Positions 9,634 through 18,790 of a stretch of DNA of 46,988 bases are shown here, piece after piece. This DNA comes from Bryobacteraceae bacterium (GTDB taxonomy: Bacteria > Acidobacteriota > Terriglobia > Bryobacterales > Bryobacteraceae). Location: assembly GCA_036557125.1 (NCBI GenBank), contig DATBID010000324.1, positions 1 to 46,988 of the forward strand. The letters are read 5' to 3'. The stretch's first letter is position 1. Each line of letters opens with the position of its first letter. The position numbers and the translations under genes were made by a program. A model generated the notes under the pieces. It was not told the DNA's origin. It searched no databases and was given only the letters and a program-made list of their open reading frames with translations.

Positions 9634-10809
9634 TCACAACAAAAGGCCGGCCAAAAACTCCACCTGGTTCACAATAATCTCGGCCGATAGGCTATGATAC
9701 CCTTGCGGTCCCCAGTGGGTGAATCGAAGCGCGGGCGCGATTTTCACAGCCTTTAGCCGCCATTCCACGCCCGCTCCGGCGCTGACTCCGAATAAAGAGG
9801 AGTTCTCCGTTAGTAACCGGAACGATGGTCCTGCTTCCACGAAGGGATGCGCTCGCCCGGTCTCCGATTGGAACTTGTACTTCGCCAAAACGGGAAATTC
9901 CCACGTCAGCCCCTCACGTCCCGAAAACGAGTTGAATACTTCGCCGTTGCTCAGCACGCTCCGTCGGGAGACTTCAATCGCATGGTGGATCCCATCCACC
10001 TCAAGGAAGAAATGTTTCCACACAGGGGCCTCGAGCGCCGGGCCGAGTAAGGAGACGATGCTGCCCGAGGCGAACGTCGTGCCGGACTCCTGCTGGTACG
10101 TCTCGCCAGTGCCGGCCGGGACCTGAGCTACGAATGAAGATGAACTCGCGGGGACATCGTGAAATACGGTCGCGCCTCCAATTACGCCCAAAGCGATCCG
10201 GCGGCTCAGCGGATGCCATGGAGAGCGCGGCCGGCTGCTTATGCCGATCAGCAGTTCCAACTGGTTCGATCGGGACGCCGCCAGATTGGTCAAGGCCCGA
10301 TCGTGTATCCAGCGCGAGTATCGCACCATCGGCGCGATCTCAAATTGTTTCCAGCGCGTCGCCACGCCGATACCGGCCGTGAATCCATAATGCGAAGGGT
10401 TGGCGTTCAGGTTTGTGGTGGGGCGGAATGCGGGACCGGCTTCCACGAACGGCTCCGCCTTTGACCAGTGAAACCGGTACTTTGTCATGAGCGGCAGTTC
10501 CCAGGTGACCACCGGCGAGGGCGACACAGCATAGAGAACCCGGCTTGGCTCGACGAACGCAACTGTCAGATGCAGTTCCCGGTACAACGCGTCGGCTTCG
10601 AGCGAAAGATTCCCGCTCAGCCGGTACTGCACCATCAATCCGGCCAAGTAATCTTTCGCCTGGGAATACGATGTTGTGGTCTGGGGGACGCCGGCATTAA
10701 CGGAGTCAAACGCGTCGGTTAAACCCGCGCCGCCGGCGAAGCCTACCGACAAATTCTGAGCGCTGCACGTGAGCAGAAAGAGGCTCAGAACCCCGTAACG
10801 CGGAAGCAT
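9634..10809 (-). CDS. Outer-membrane beta-barrel protein with internal duplication
   Basis: Signal peptide MLPRYGVLSLFLLTCSAQ. Alternating beta-strand pattern. Two homologous halves: WELPLMTKYRF...EPFVEAGPAFRP...IAPMVRYSRW and WEFPVLAKYKF...HPFVEAGPSFRL...IAPALRFTHW. Confidence 0.65.
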   Translation of the reverse strand: MLPRYGVLSLFLLTCSAQNLSVGFAGGAGLTDAFDSVNAGVPQTTTSYSQAKDYLAGLMVQYRLSGNLSLEADALYRELHLTVAFVEPSRVLYAVSPSPVVTWELPLMTKYRFHWSKAEPFVEAGPAFRPTTNLNANPSHYGFTAGIGVATRWKQFEIAPMVRYSRWIHDRALTNLAASRSNQLELLIGISSRPRSPWHPLSRRIALGVIGGATVFHDVPASSSSFVAQVPAGTGETYQQESGTTFASGSIVSLLGPALEAPVWKHFFLEVDGIHHAIEVSRRSVLSNGEVFNSFSGREGLTWEFPVLAKYKFQSETGRAHPFVEAGPSFRLLTENSSLFGVSAGAGVEWRLKAVKIAPALRFTHWGPQGYHSLSAEIIVNQVEFLAGLLL

Positions 10810-10957
10810 TGACTCGGCTTATCGCAAGTCGGGCACCACATGACAGGGCAAGGAGATTCAACCGATTAATCGGACCCGCGCGTAACAGCACGGCACACTC
10901 GTGCTCCCAAAGAACAGAGGTGCAGCGCCTCCTTCGGGACAGGGTGAAACACCCGGA

Positions 10958-11485
10958 TTAGGACGAGGAACTGCGCGTGGCTATACGCCGGAGCGCAGTT
11001 GCGATGGCAGCGCCGCCGAGCGCCTTAATCACGTTCGGATGAGCCGCATAAAACCTGCTCACTTGATCGATAATTGAAGGGTTATTGCTTTCTGCATGCG
11101 CAGCCGCCTGCTGCACCTGCTCCGGAGAGACTTGATCTGCCTGCTGTGGGGTAACATTCTGTTGCCCGCCGAGAGTGGAAGCCAAGCCCTTCAGGCCCGG
11201 TATACTCGCCAGTGCCGCCGGACTGATCGATCCGAGGAGGTGGTTGAGCAGCCCGGCTCGCTGGTCGGAGTTCGATCCTCGAAACAGATTGGCAACCTGC
11301 TCCGCAAAGCTGGGAGTCTGGTCGGACCGGAAGTTGTGCGCCAGAGCGTCGGCCGTGACTTCTGGCGGCGCCGCTTTGGCCACATTGACAAAATCCTGGT
11401 GCGGGTCCGCGGGCGCCGCCGCAGTGCCGCCGGCCGCACCCGAATACTTTCTTACGATTTCGTTAACTGCATCCATCCATGCCAT
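10958..11485 (-). CDS. Hypothetical protein (175 aa)
   Basis: ATG-initiated ORF with Ala/Gln-rich but non-shadow composition. No motif recognised. Confidence 0.5.
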   Translation of the reverse strand: MAWMDAVNEIVRKYSGAAGGTAAAPADPHQDFVNVAKAAPPEVTADALAHNFRSDQTPSFAEQVANLFRGSNSDQRAGLLNHLLGSISPAALASIPGLKGLASTLGGQQNVTPQQADQVSPEQVQQAAAHAESNNPSIIDQVSRFYAAHPNVIKALGGAAIATALRRIATRSSSS

Positions 11486-11621
11486 GAAAGCCTACCTCAC
11501 GAGATATTGACAGAGATTTGAAAGGCGGGATTTATTTTTTTTTAAAGCCGGGCGGCGCTCAGAAGAGTGATGCGGCCGGCCCGAATGGGCTCTAAAGCTT
11601 CCGTTCCTCCCTACCGATAAG

Positions 11622-11957
11622 ATGTGCATGGAGCAGCGAGCTGCAGTACGCTTCGCCATTGACCAGCCCGTAGCGGTGTGGGTGCTGGGAGGGACAGAAG
11701 TGCGCGAAACCGCTCTGGTCCGCAACGTATCGGAAGCCGGCGTGCAACTGGTATGGAGCCACAGTATCCCTGCCGGATCAGCGGTAAAGATCGAACTGGA
11801 CAATGCCCTGGCTCTGGGTGAGGTCGTCTATTGCATCGCCGAAGGAGACCAATGGGTATTTGGCATTAAGCTGGAGCACGTGCTCAACGGCTTGGCCGAA
11901 CTGCAGCGCAAGCTGCTGGAATTCGCGGGCGAGCCAATCCCCGAAACCACCAATTGA
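11622..11957 (+). CDS. PilZ domain protein (putative c-di-GMP binding)
   Basis: RxxxR motif (QRAAVRF) followed about 25 aa later by the (D/N)xSxxG motif (NVSEAGV). Small single-domain size. Confidence 0.65.
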   Translation: MCMEQRAAVRFAIDQPVAVWVLGGTEVRETALVRNVSEAGVQLVWSHSIPAGSAVKIELDNALALGEVVYCIAEGDQWVFGIKLEHVLNGLAELQRKLLEFAGEPIPETTN

Positions 11958-11980
11958 TAAGCTGGCAGGCGGCTTTGCTG

Positions 11981-12484
11981 CTATTCCGCGGCCTTTACCC
12001 AGCGCGGCGGGGCGTTACCGGTCTGGCGGAGAATCAGATTGAGTTGTCCCGCGTGGTGCTGCACGTGGCGTAGGCTGACAAGCTGCAGTTCGCCAAAACT
12101 GATATCGAGCCAATCGAAGTGGCAGCGACGCTCAGCCGCGTGTCCATTCATTCCCCGGATCACCGAACGGCATTTCTCGCGGCAATGAGCGACATATTTG
12201 GTCAAATCGTGCTTCGTATAGGGCCGTTCGGGGATAATACCCGCGGGGTCCAATTCTTCCAGTCCAAACGGTGCCGGCGGCGCAAAACCGTCTAGCGATC
12301 CTGAAAGATACAAATCCAGAAAGAACAGGGTGTGAAAGGCGATGTACCAGAATTCCGTGTGGCGGTGTCCCTCGCGCGCCGGAGCGCTCCACACCTGCTC
12401 GGGACACGCCTCCACCGCATTGCTGAGCATGTCTATGGCGGCGCCAAGCTGCCGCCAGAGGATATTGTTGAAGGTAGGTTCCAT
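11981..12484 (-). CDS. DinB superfamily protein
   Basis: Helical-bundle-like sequence with conserved His positions (HTLFFLDLY...HCREK...HVQHHAGQLNLILRQ). Lies 8 nt downstream of the CarboxypepD_reg gene. Confidence 0.7.
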   Translation of the reverse strand: MEPTFNNILWRQLGAAIDMLSNAVEACPEQVWSAPAREGHRHTEFWYIAFHTLFFLDLYLSGSLDGFAPPAPFGLEELDPAGIIPERPYTKHDLTKYVAHCREKCRSVIRGMNGHAAERRCHFDWLDISFGELQLVSLRHVQHHAGQLNLILRQTGNAPPRWVKAAE

Positions 12485-12492
12485 AGAGTTGG

Positions 12493-14055
12493 TCAGTCAG
12501 GCCAGTGAGTAACGGGCACCTGAACCGATTCCGAACCGCCTTCCTGCACCTGCACCCGTGTGCCGCCGGCGATTGCGCCACGCACGAATGCCTCGGTACC
12601 GCCGTTCGGTGGGACGCGGTCGAAGGCTACGAGAACGTACTCGCCCGGAGGCACACCGCGGAACTCGAACTCGCCGCGAGACCCTGCCACAACCGCGGGA
12701 ACGAATTCGGGGATATCCGGGCCTTCGGGCCAGAGCAAAACGGTTGCGCCTTCTCCCTGATTAACCGTACCGCGCACCGAGCCGGGATTCGGGCGGTATA
12801 CAACCTGAATGGAAGGCGTTGCGGCCGTCAGTTCCACCTCCTCGCCCAGTACATTGCGGCCTCCGATCATGATGGCGGCGGCGTAATAGCCGGGCGTGGA
12901 CCCAAGTGTAGGAACAATTCGGTAATTTCCCGGCAGCACGTGCTCCAACAACAGTTTGCCCCCCTCTGGCCGGGCAGGCATCAAAGACAATCCTCCGGAC
13001 GGGGTCACCATGACTCGGGGCCGGGACCTCCCTCCAGCCGGTTGGCGATCGCCCCAGTCCGCTGTGATCTCTAGCGCGAATACGGGAGAAAACCGCAGTT
13101 CCACGTTTTCGATATCGTGATCGGAAACGGAAATGGGAACCTCATCGCTCGAAACGAAATACAGATTATTGTGGCTATCGTGTTGTGGGTCGAGTTCGGC
13201 TTGAAGCGACCAATCGCCCGGGCGAACGGACAGGTGGAATGTGCCATCCTTTGCCGCAATTGTCGCCGTCTCCTCCTGCTTTGCGCCCAAAGAATTCAGA
13301 TACGCCCGCGTGCCTGTGACCATATTCAAACTGACACCGCTCAGCAAGCGCTTCTCTCCAGGGCCAAGCACCCGAACGTTCGCGCCAGGTTGCGGTTTCC
13401 CATTCTCATCAAAAACCGTGCCCCGCACGTGATAAACGGGCGATGTCCGCAGCCGGATCTCATATCCCGCCAAATCCGCCCCTGCCCGCACCCGGATGTG
13501 CTCTGCTTCGCCGCGGCTGATTGTCGAAGGATAGTACGTAGGCACAGTTTGAACGGCATCGGAGGTGTTCTCCTGCGGAACGGCTCGTAAAATGTAATCG
13601 CCGGGACGGACGTTGTGGAACTCGAAGCGCCCTTCGGTATCAGTGTCCTGGCGATCGAGGGGGAGTTCGATGATGGCTTTCGCCGCCGGTTTGCCTTCCG
13701 GATCGAGCACTCGCCCGCGCAAGGTCGCCAAAGCCGCGATTTCGGCATCGGCGCGGAACGTTCCCGCAGTACCCACGCGCAGCCGCGGCTGCCCGAAGAC
13801 GGGCAATTCCCGCGACTCGTACCCATTCTTTTCAAAGCGATAGTTGTATTCGCCCGGATTGACTCCCCCGATCACAAATGTGCCGGAGGAATCCGTAGTT
13901 GCCTTATAGCTTTGCCCGTTTTTCCAAAGAGTAACGCTCACCCCGGACACGCCCGCGTGAGTCACGCTGTCGGTAACGGCGCCTTCCACCACTGCCGCGC
14001 TTTGCGCCAGCGCGCCGGAAGCATAGAGCAACAGTGCCGGAACGAAAAGCTTCAT
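12493..14055 (-). CDS. Secreted carboxypeptidase-regulatory-like (CarboxypepD_reg) repeat protein
   Basis: Signal peptide MKLFVPALLLYASGALAQ. Repeated G.V.D..G.P..GA.V motifs (e.g. GAVTDSVTHAGVSGVSVTL, GRVLDPEGKPAAKAIIEL, GTVFDENGKPQPGANVRV). The ATG at 14055 is preferred over the TTG at 14061. Confidence 0.75.
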   Translation of the reverse strand: MKLFVPALLLYASGALAQSAAVVEGAVTDSVTHAGVSGVSVTLWKNGQSYKATTDSSGTFVIGGVNPGEYNYRFEKNGYESRELPVFGQPRLRVGTAGTFRADAEIAALATLRGRVLDPEGKPAAKAIIELPLDRQDTDTEGRFEFHNVRPGDYILRAVPQENTSDAVQTVPTYYPSTISRGEAEHIRVRAGADLAGYEIRLRTSPVYHVRGTVFDENGKPQPGANVRVLGPGEKRLLSGVSLNMVTGTRAYLNSLGAKQEETATIAAKDGTFHLSVRPGDWSLQAELDPQHDSHNNLYFVSSDEVPISVSDHDIENVELRFSPVFALEITADWGDRQPAGGRSRPRVMVTPSGGLSLMPARPEGGKLLLEHVLPGNYRIVPTLGSTPGYYAAAIMIGGRNVLGEEVELTAATPSIQVVYRPNPGSVRGTVNQGEGATVLLWPEGPDIPEFVPAVVAGSRGEFEFRGVPPGEYVLVAFDRVPPNGGTEAFVRGAIAGGTRVQVQEGGSESVQVPVTHWPD

Positions 14056-14101
14056 GAGCAACCTTTAAAACTATCAAAGGCGAGCGCGATGCGGGATTCC
14101 C

Positions 14102-14129
14102 TTGCTCTCAGCCTCCTAAGAGATAGAAT
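14102..14129 (+). promoter_or_regulatory. Candidate sigma70-type promoter for the cytochrome gene (TTGCTC-N16-TAGAAT)
   Basis: TTGCTC at 14102-14107 and TAGAAT at 14124-14129. Only 9 nt separate the -10 box from the ATG at 14139, and there is no SD sequence, which suggests a very short leader or a leaderless mRNA. Confidence 0.3.
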
Positions 14130-14138
14130 GAACAGAAA

Positions 14139-15341
14139 ATGATTCTCCGAAGCCACACCCCCACACATCTTTGCCTGCTTGCGGCCCTGTTCGCCCCCGC
14201 GGCCGCGCTGGCCCAGAACGCCCCGCCGGACAAGCCGCTGCTTTCCGAGCAGGTATTCAAGAACGTGCAGGTCCTCCGCGGTATATCCGTTGACGATTTC
14301 ATGGAAACCATGGGGATTATGACCGCCGCGCTCCAGTTCGATTGCTCCGATTGCCATGCTAACGCCGGTACCGACCGTGTGGATTGGGCGGCCGATACGC
14401 CACGCAAGGTCACCGCGCGCAAGATGGTCACCATGGTGCAAAAGATCAATAGGGAGAACTTCGCGGGCGTCCAGATGGTCACCTGCTGGACCTGCCACCG
14501 CAATCGCGACCGCCCGCTGGTCACCCCGCGGATGGAGGTCATTTACGGTGAGCCGGATCTGGTCCAGGACGACGTTGTCGTGTCGACTCCCGGGCTGCCT
14601 AAACCGGAGACGATTCTGGATAAATTCATCGAAGCATCTGGCGGCGCGCAGAGGCTGGCTGGCCTGACCAGCTTCGTGGGGCGAGGCACGAGCGTCGGCT
14701 TTGGCGGATTCGGCGGCGGCGGCGACGTAGAGATCGACGCGAAGCTTCCCGATCAGCGTTCCACCATCATCCTTTTCAAAGAAGAAACCGGCCGCGGAGA
14801 CCAGATCCGCAGCTATGATGGTCACACCGGCTGGGTGCGCACGCCCTTGAACGTGTTGGGAGAGTACCAGTTGAACGGCAGCGATCTGGATGGCGCGCGC
14901 TTCGACGCGCAGCTTTCGTTTCCCGGTCAGATCAAGCAGATCCTCACGAATCTGAAAACCGGGCCGCCGACCGGCATCATGGACCTGCCGGGGCCGCAGA
15001 GCCAGACCTCCCTGCAGAAAGACATCACTCTGGGCGGCACGCACAGCGTCAACGTAGTGCAGGGGACCGGCCCCCGCGGCCTGCTGGTGACGCTTTATTT
15101 CGACCGGCAGACAGGTCTCCTGCTGCGCGAGCTGCGCTATGGGAAATCGCCGATCGGCCGCGTGCCCACGCAAATCGATTACGCCGATTATCGCGACGTA
15201 AATGGCATCAAGTTGCCGTTTCGCATCACCTACGCCTGGCTGGATGGGCGCGATTCGATCGAGCTGAAGGACATTAAGCTCAATCAACCGATAGACGAAG
15301 CTAAGTTCGGCCGGCCGGCCCCGCTGAAAGCTCGCAAGTAA
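14139..15341 (+). CDS. c-type cytochrome with a photosynthetic-reaction-centre cytochrome c (CytoC_RC)-like N-terminal domain and a C-terminal domain of unknown function
   Basis: Signal peptide. VFKNVQVLRGISVDDFMETM followed by two CxxCH motifs (CSDCH, CWTCH). About 260 aa of C-terminal region are uncharacterised. Confidence 0.75.
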   Translation: MILRSHTPTHLCLLAALFAPAAALAQNAPPDKPLLSEQVFKNVQVLRGISVDDFMETMGIMTAALQFDCSDCHANAGTDRVDWAADTPRKVTARKMVTMVQKINRENFAGVQMVTCWTCHRNRDRPLVTPRMEVIYGEPDLVQDDVVVSTPGLPKPETILDKFIEASGGAQRLAGLTSFVGRGTSVGFGGFGGGGDVEIDAKLPDQRSTIILFKEETGRGDQIRSYDGHTGWVRTPLNVLGEYQLNGSDLDGARFDAQLSFPGQIKQILTNLKTGPPTGIMDLPGPQSQTSLQKDITLGGTHSVNVVQGTGPRGLLVTLYFDRQTGLLLRELRYGKSPIGRVPTQIDYADYRDVNGIKLPFRITYAWLDGRDSIELKDIKLNQPIDEAKFGRPAPLKARK

Positions 15342-15405
15342 GCGGGCGGAAGCGCGCCGCCTGCCCCTTGCACGCTCTGCCGAAAACAGATACAGTTTCC
15401 CCATC

Positions 15406-16251
15406 ATGAGAACCATAGGGGCATTCGCCGTCTGCGGCCTGCTGGCCGTAACGCTTTCGTACGGGCAGAATTCCACCGCTACCGAATGGAGCAAGCCGTT
15501 CCCGCCTTACAAAATTGCGGGAAATCTGTATTACGTGGGTTCGGAACAGCTTGCTTCCTATCTGATCACTACGCCGGAAGGGCACATTCTGATCAATAGC
15601 GATTTCGAGCAGACCGTGCCGGTGATTCGCGCGTCGGTGGAAAAGTTGGGCTTCAAATTTACGGATATCAAAATCCTGCTCGGCAGCCACGCGCACGGCG
15701 ACCACATGGAAGGCGATGCCCTGGTAAAAGAGCTGACGGGCGCGCGCGTCATGGCGATGGAGCAGGACGTTCCCGCGCTCCGCAAAATGACGCCCGGCAA
15801 CAAACCGCATCCCATAGACCGCATCCTGCACGATGGGGATGAAGTGACTCTGGGTGGAACCACGCTCGTCGCGCATCTCACTCCCGGACACACCAAGGGC
15901 TGCACCACCTGGACTATGAAGGTGCGCGATGGCGCCCAGACCTATAACGCCGTCATCATCGGAAGCCTAAACGTAAATTCCGGATTTGTTTTGGTCGGCA
16001 ATAAGGACTATCCGCAGATCGCAGCGGATTACGAGCACAGTTTTCAGGTGCTGCGCGCGCTGCCTTGCGATCTATTCCTGGGAGCGCATGGCAATTACTA
16101 CGGCATGACTGCCAAATACGCGAAATTGCAGAAGAGCGGGGGTAATCCATTCATCGATCCGGCCGGCTACCGGGCCTATCTGGACGACCGTGAGCAGGCG
16201 TTCCGCAAGGAACTGACCGCCCAACAGCAGAAAGCTAAGCAGAGCAACTGA
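15406..16251 (+). CDS. Subclass B3-like metallo-beta-lactamase fold hydrolase, secreted
   Basis: Signal peptide [20 protein letters not shown]. Motifs [13 protein letters not shown], zinc motif [11 protein letters not shown] (HxHxDH), [12 protein letters not shown] and FLGAHGNYY. Confidence 0.85.
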   Translation: MRTIGAFAVCGLLAVTLSYGQNSTATEWSKPFPPYKIAGNLYYVGSEQLASYLITTPEGHILINSDFEQTVPVIRASVEKLGFKFTDIKILLGSHAHGDHMEGDALVKELTGARVMAMEQDVPALRKMTPGNKPHPIDRILHDGDEVTLGGTTLVAHLTPGHTKGCTTWTMKVRDGAQTYNAVIIGSLNVNSGFVLVGNKDYPQIAADYEHSFQVLRALPCDLFLGAHGNYYGMTAKYAKLQKSGGNPFIDPAGYRAYLDDREQAFRKELTAQQQKAKQSN

Positions 16252-16393
16252 AGGAGGTAGCCTACACCTCCGTCGCATATGCCGTAGTGCCCGAAACCCT
16301 GCTGACGACGGCTGCGGTCGCGGCTCTCCCGCATGGTCCGTTATACTGAATAATCAACCAAACAGTTATCGAATCGATCTACGAAGGAGTTTC

Positions 16394-16954
16394 ATGCAGA
16401 TCTCCGCTACCCAGATGCGGCCCGGAATGGTGATTATCTTCAATAAGGAGTTGCATTCCGTCTTCAGTGTCAACCACCGCACGCCCGGCAATCTCCGCGG
16501 GTTTGTTCAGGCGAAGATGCGCAATCTGCGCAGCGGCTCGATGTTCGAGCACCGGTTCTCGTCGGAAGACCGCGTGGAGAAGGCCAATCTGGAAGAGGAA
16601 GAAATGGAGTACTTGTACGACGATGGCGAGTACTACTATTTCATGAACATCGAAACGTATGAGCAGATGCACCTCACCAAGGACCTGCTCGGCGATGCGC
16701 CGCAATACCTGATTCCGCAGTTACACGTGACGGTGGAGTTTTTTGAAGGCAAGGCGATCAGCGTGGAGCTACCCGCCACGGTGGATCTGAAAGTAATCGA
16801 GACCGAGCCGGGATTGAAGGGCGCCACCGTTTCCAATGTGACCAAGCCGGCGAAGCTCGAAACCGGCCTGGTGGTGCAGGTGCCGCCCTTTATCACCGAA
16901 GGCGAAATGATCCGCGTAAACACGGCCGAAGGGACTTACCAGGAGCGGGCGTAA
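16394..16954 (+). CDS. efp: Elongation factor P family protein
   Basis: 186 aa with typical EF-P blocks: [52 protein letters not shown] and [24 protein letters not shown] lies upstream of the ATG. Confidence 0.9.
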   Translation: MQISATQMRPGMVIIFNKELHSVFSVNHRTPGNLRGFVQAKMRNLRSGSMFEHRFSSEDRVEKANLEEEEMEYLYDDGEYYYFMNIETYEQMHLTKDLLGDAPQYLIPQLHVTVEFFEGKAISVELPATVDLKVIETEPGLKGATVSNVTKPAKLETGLVVQVPPFITEGEMIRVNTAEGTYQERA

Positions 16955-16959
16955 GGGTT

Positions 16960-16979
16960 GGCAGGCGAGAGCGCCTGCC
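16960..16979. terminator. GC hairpin between convergent efp and the M56 sensor gene
   Basis: GGCAGGCG-agag-CGCCTGCC, a perfect 8-bp stem. The U-tract is weak on both strands. Confidence 0.35.
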
Positions 16980-16984
16980 CCACT

Positions 16985-18790
16985 TTACTGGGCGAGCGTA
17001 AAGTTCACGTCAACCTCGGTCTCCACTGGAACTGGATTTCCGTTCAATAGGGTTGGCTGGTACACCCACTGGCGCACGGCTTCCAATGCCGCGGGAACAA
17101 GCAAGGGATGGCCGCTGATCACGTTGATGTTCTGCACCGTGCCATCCGCGGCGACTAGTACGTCCAGTTTCACGACGCCTTGGATGCGCGCCTGTTTGGC
17201 TTCGGCAGGATAGGCTGGCTTAGGTTGCGATACGATCTTTGTCGCCTGGACATTGCCGCCCACACGCAGTCTGGGTCCCGCTTTCGGGCCTTGTTGATCT
17301 TGCGCAGCCGGCTGAACCGCAGGGGCGATCTCTATCGTCAGGTCGCGGCTGGATTGCAGGTTTGTAGGAGGGCCGTTCATTGGAGTGCGGTAGGTGATGC
17401 TGGTCAGATGGCTGTCAAAAGCCTCGGCAGCCTTGGCGATACGGAGCGCATCGCCCTTGGCGAGAACATCGCCTGCGTGAACCGGGAGACGTGATAACAG
17501 TTCGATCCGTGCCTGACCGGAGATGCCGTTTACTACATAATTGCGCAATACTAAGCCGGCGAAGGGGTCTGGGGCCGGCGTGGTGGGAGCGGCAACCGTC
17601 GGCGCAGCGCCTGCCTGAAAACTTATCGTCACCTGATGAGATCTCGCTCCAGCATCCGCCTCGAAGTGCCATTGCAAGACCGATTGTAAGGCCGCTTTGC
17701 GCAATTCCTCAGGCCCGCTCAAGACCTGAACATCGGTGACGTCGCCGCTCGCATCCACGGCCGCTTGCACGGTCACAGTTCCCGAGACGCCCTGCTTGCG
17801 GGCGCTTTCCGGATAAAGCACGGGCGCGCGGTGCATGAGCGGCGCGCCGCCCGTATCCACCTGCACTCCGGGCGAATCGGTCACCGCGTCCGGCGCGGCC
17901 GAAAGCGGAAACGTTGCTGCAGCGATCCAGCAGGCGGCCGCCAGAATTCCCAAGGCCGCTGCGATAGAAGAAACCAGACGCGTTTTAGACATACGAACCT
18001 CCTTCAGAATCGAAACCACTCTCCGCTTCAGGTGCCGCTTGCGCAGGAATAGCGGCGCCGGCGCGAGATCGGGTTGAGTCCCTGCCCCGGCAATGGCAAG
18101 CAGCGCATCGACGTATGCATCGCGGGTGCGCGTTTCGGCAACCGCCAGCCGGTCTACTTCCTCTTCGCGGGCAACAGCGATTTCGCCCAGCAGCCACCAG
18201 ATCGCCGGATGAAACCAGAACACCACGCGCACCATCTCCTCGGCCAGCGTGTAGAGCCAGTCGCGGCGGCGCACGTGCAGGAGTTCATGGCATAGGATGG
18301 CTTCCCGCGTAACCGGATCGAATTCCGGGAAGCGTGCGGGCAGAAGCACAACAGGCCGCAATACGCCGAACGTGACCGGGCTAGTGATGGCTTCCGAAAG
18401 CAGCAGCTTGGCGCCGCCGCGCGTGCCGAACGGGCGCGAATGGCGGCGATAGCGCGCCAGCCGCCACAGCCCCAGGCCAAGCCAACCTAAGCGCAGCACG
18501 ATTCCTGCGGCAATTAGCCATAGCAGGGCCTCGCGCAGAGAGGGGAGGTGATGCGCCGCTCCCACCGCACGCGTTGCAAGCATCACCGTGGAAATCGAAA
18601 CGTCGGCGCGGATGGCCTGCTGTCTCCAGGGCCGAACGAGCGGCAGCGCAAGCGAAGCAATGAGGGCCATCCGCCAATAGAACAGACGCGCTCGCGACGC
18701 GCGCAGACGCAGCAGCACCGCGGCCAGGCCCGCTGCCGCTACCACCAGCGCAATCTGAAGGCTCCAGGCTGCTAGATTATCGAGACTCAT
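16985..18790 (-). CDS. BlaR1/MecR1-like M56 family peptidase sensor fused to two TonB C-terminal-like domains
   Basis: N-terminal TM segments. Zinc motif HELLHVRRRDW. Two TonB_C-like modules: PVLYPESARKQGVSGTVTVQAAVDASGDV and KPAYPAEAKQARIQGVVKLDVLVAADGTV...QWVYQP. The start overlaps the blaI-like stop by 14 nt. Confidence 0.85.
   Translation of the reverse strand: MSLDNLAAWSLQIALVVAAAGLAAVLLRLRASRARLFYWRMALIASLALPLVRPWRQQAIRADVSISTVMLATRAVGAAHHLPSLREALLWLIAAGIVLRLGWLGLGLWRLARYRRHSRPFGTRGGAKLLLSEAITSPVTFGVLRPVVLLPARFPEFDPVTREAILCHELLHVRRRDWLYTLAEEMVRVVFWFHPAIWWLLGEIAVAREEEVDRLAVAETRTRDAYVDALLAIAGAGTQPDLAPAPLFLRKRHLKRRVVSILKEVRMSKTRLVSSIAAALGILAAACWIAAATFPLSAAPDAVTDSPGVQVDTGGAPLMHRAPVLYPESARKQGVSGTVTVQAAVDASGDVTDVQVLSGPEELRKAALQSVLQWHFEADAGARSHQVTISFQAGAAPTVAAPTTPAPDPFAGLVLRNYVVNGISGQARIELLSRLPVHAGDVLAKGDALRIAKAAEAFDSHLTSITYRTPMNGPPTNLQSSRDLTIEIAPAVQPAAQDQQGPKAGPRLRVGGNVQATKIVSQPKPAYPAEAKQARIQGVVKLDVLVAADGTVQNINVISGHPLLVPAALEAVRQWVYQPTLLNGNPVPVETEVDVNFTLAQ

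Noticed and set aside
11535-11543. T9 run that could be a terminator U-tract
   Set aside because: No GC-rich hairpin precedes it on either strand. It also lies in a divergent promoter region between the gene starts at 11485 (-) and 11622 (+), so it is more likely an AT-rich promoter or UP-like tract.
14052-15494. 480-aa minus-strand ORF, the longest ORF at this locus
   Set aside because: It is fully antisense to the cytochrome gene, which has a signal peptide and two CxxCH motifs. Its Arg/Ala/Gly/Leu-rich composition is typical of a high-GC shadow frame. It also overlaps the starts of both neighbouring genes, and I recognised no motif in it.
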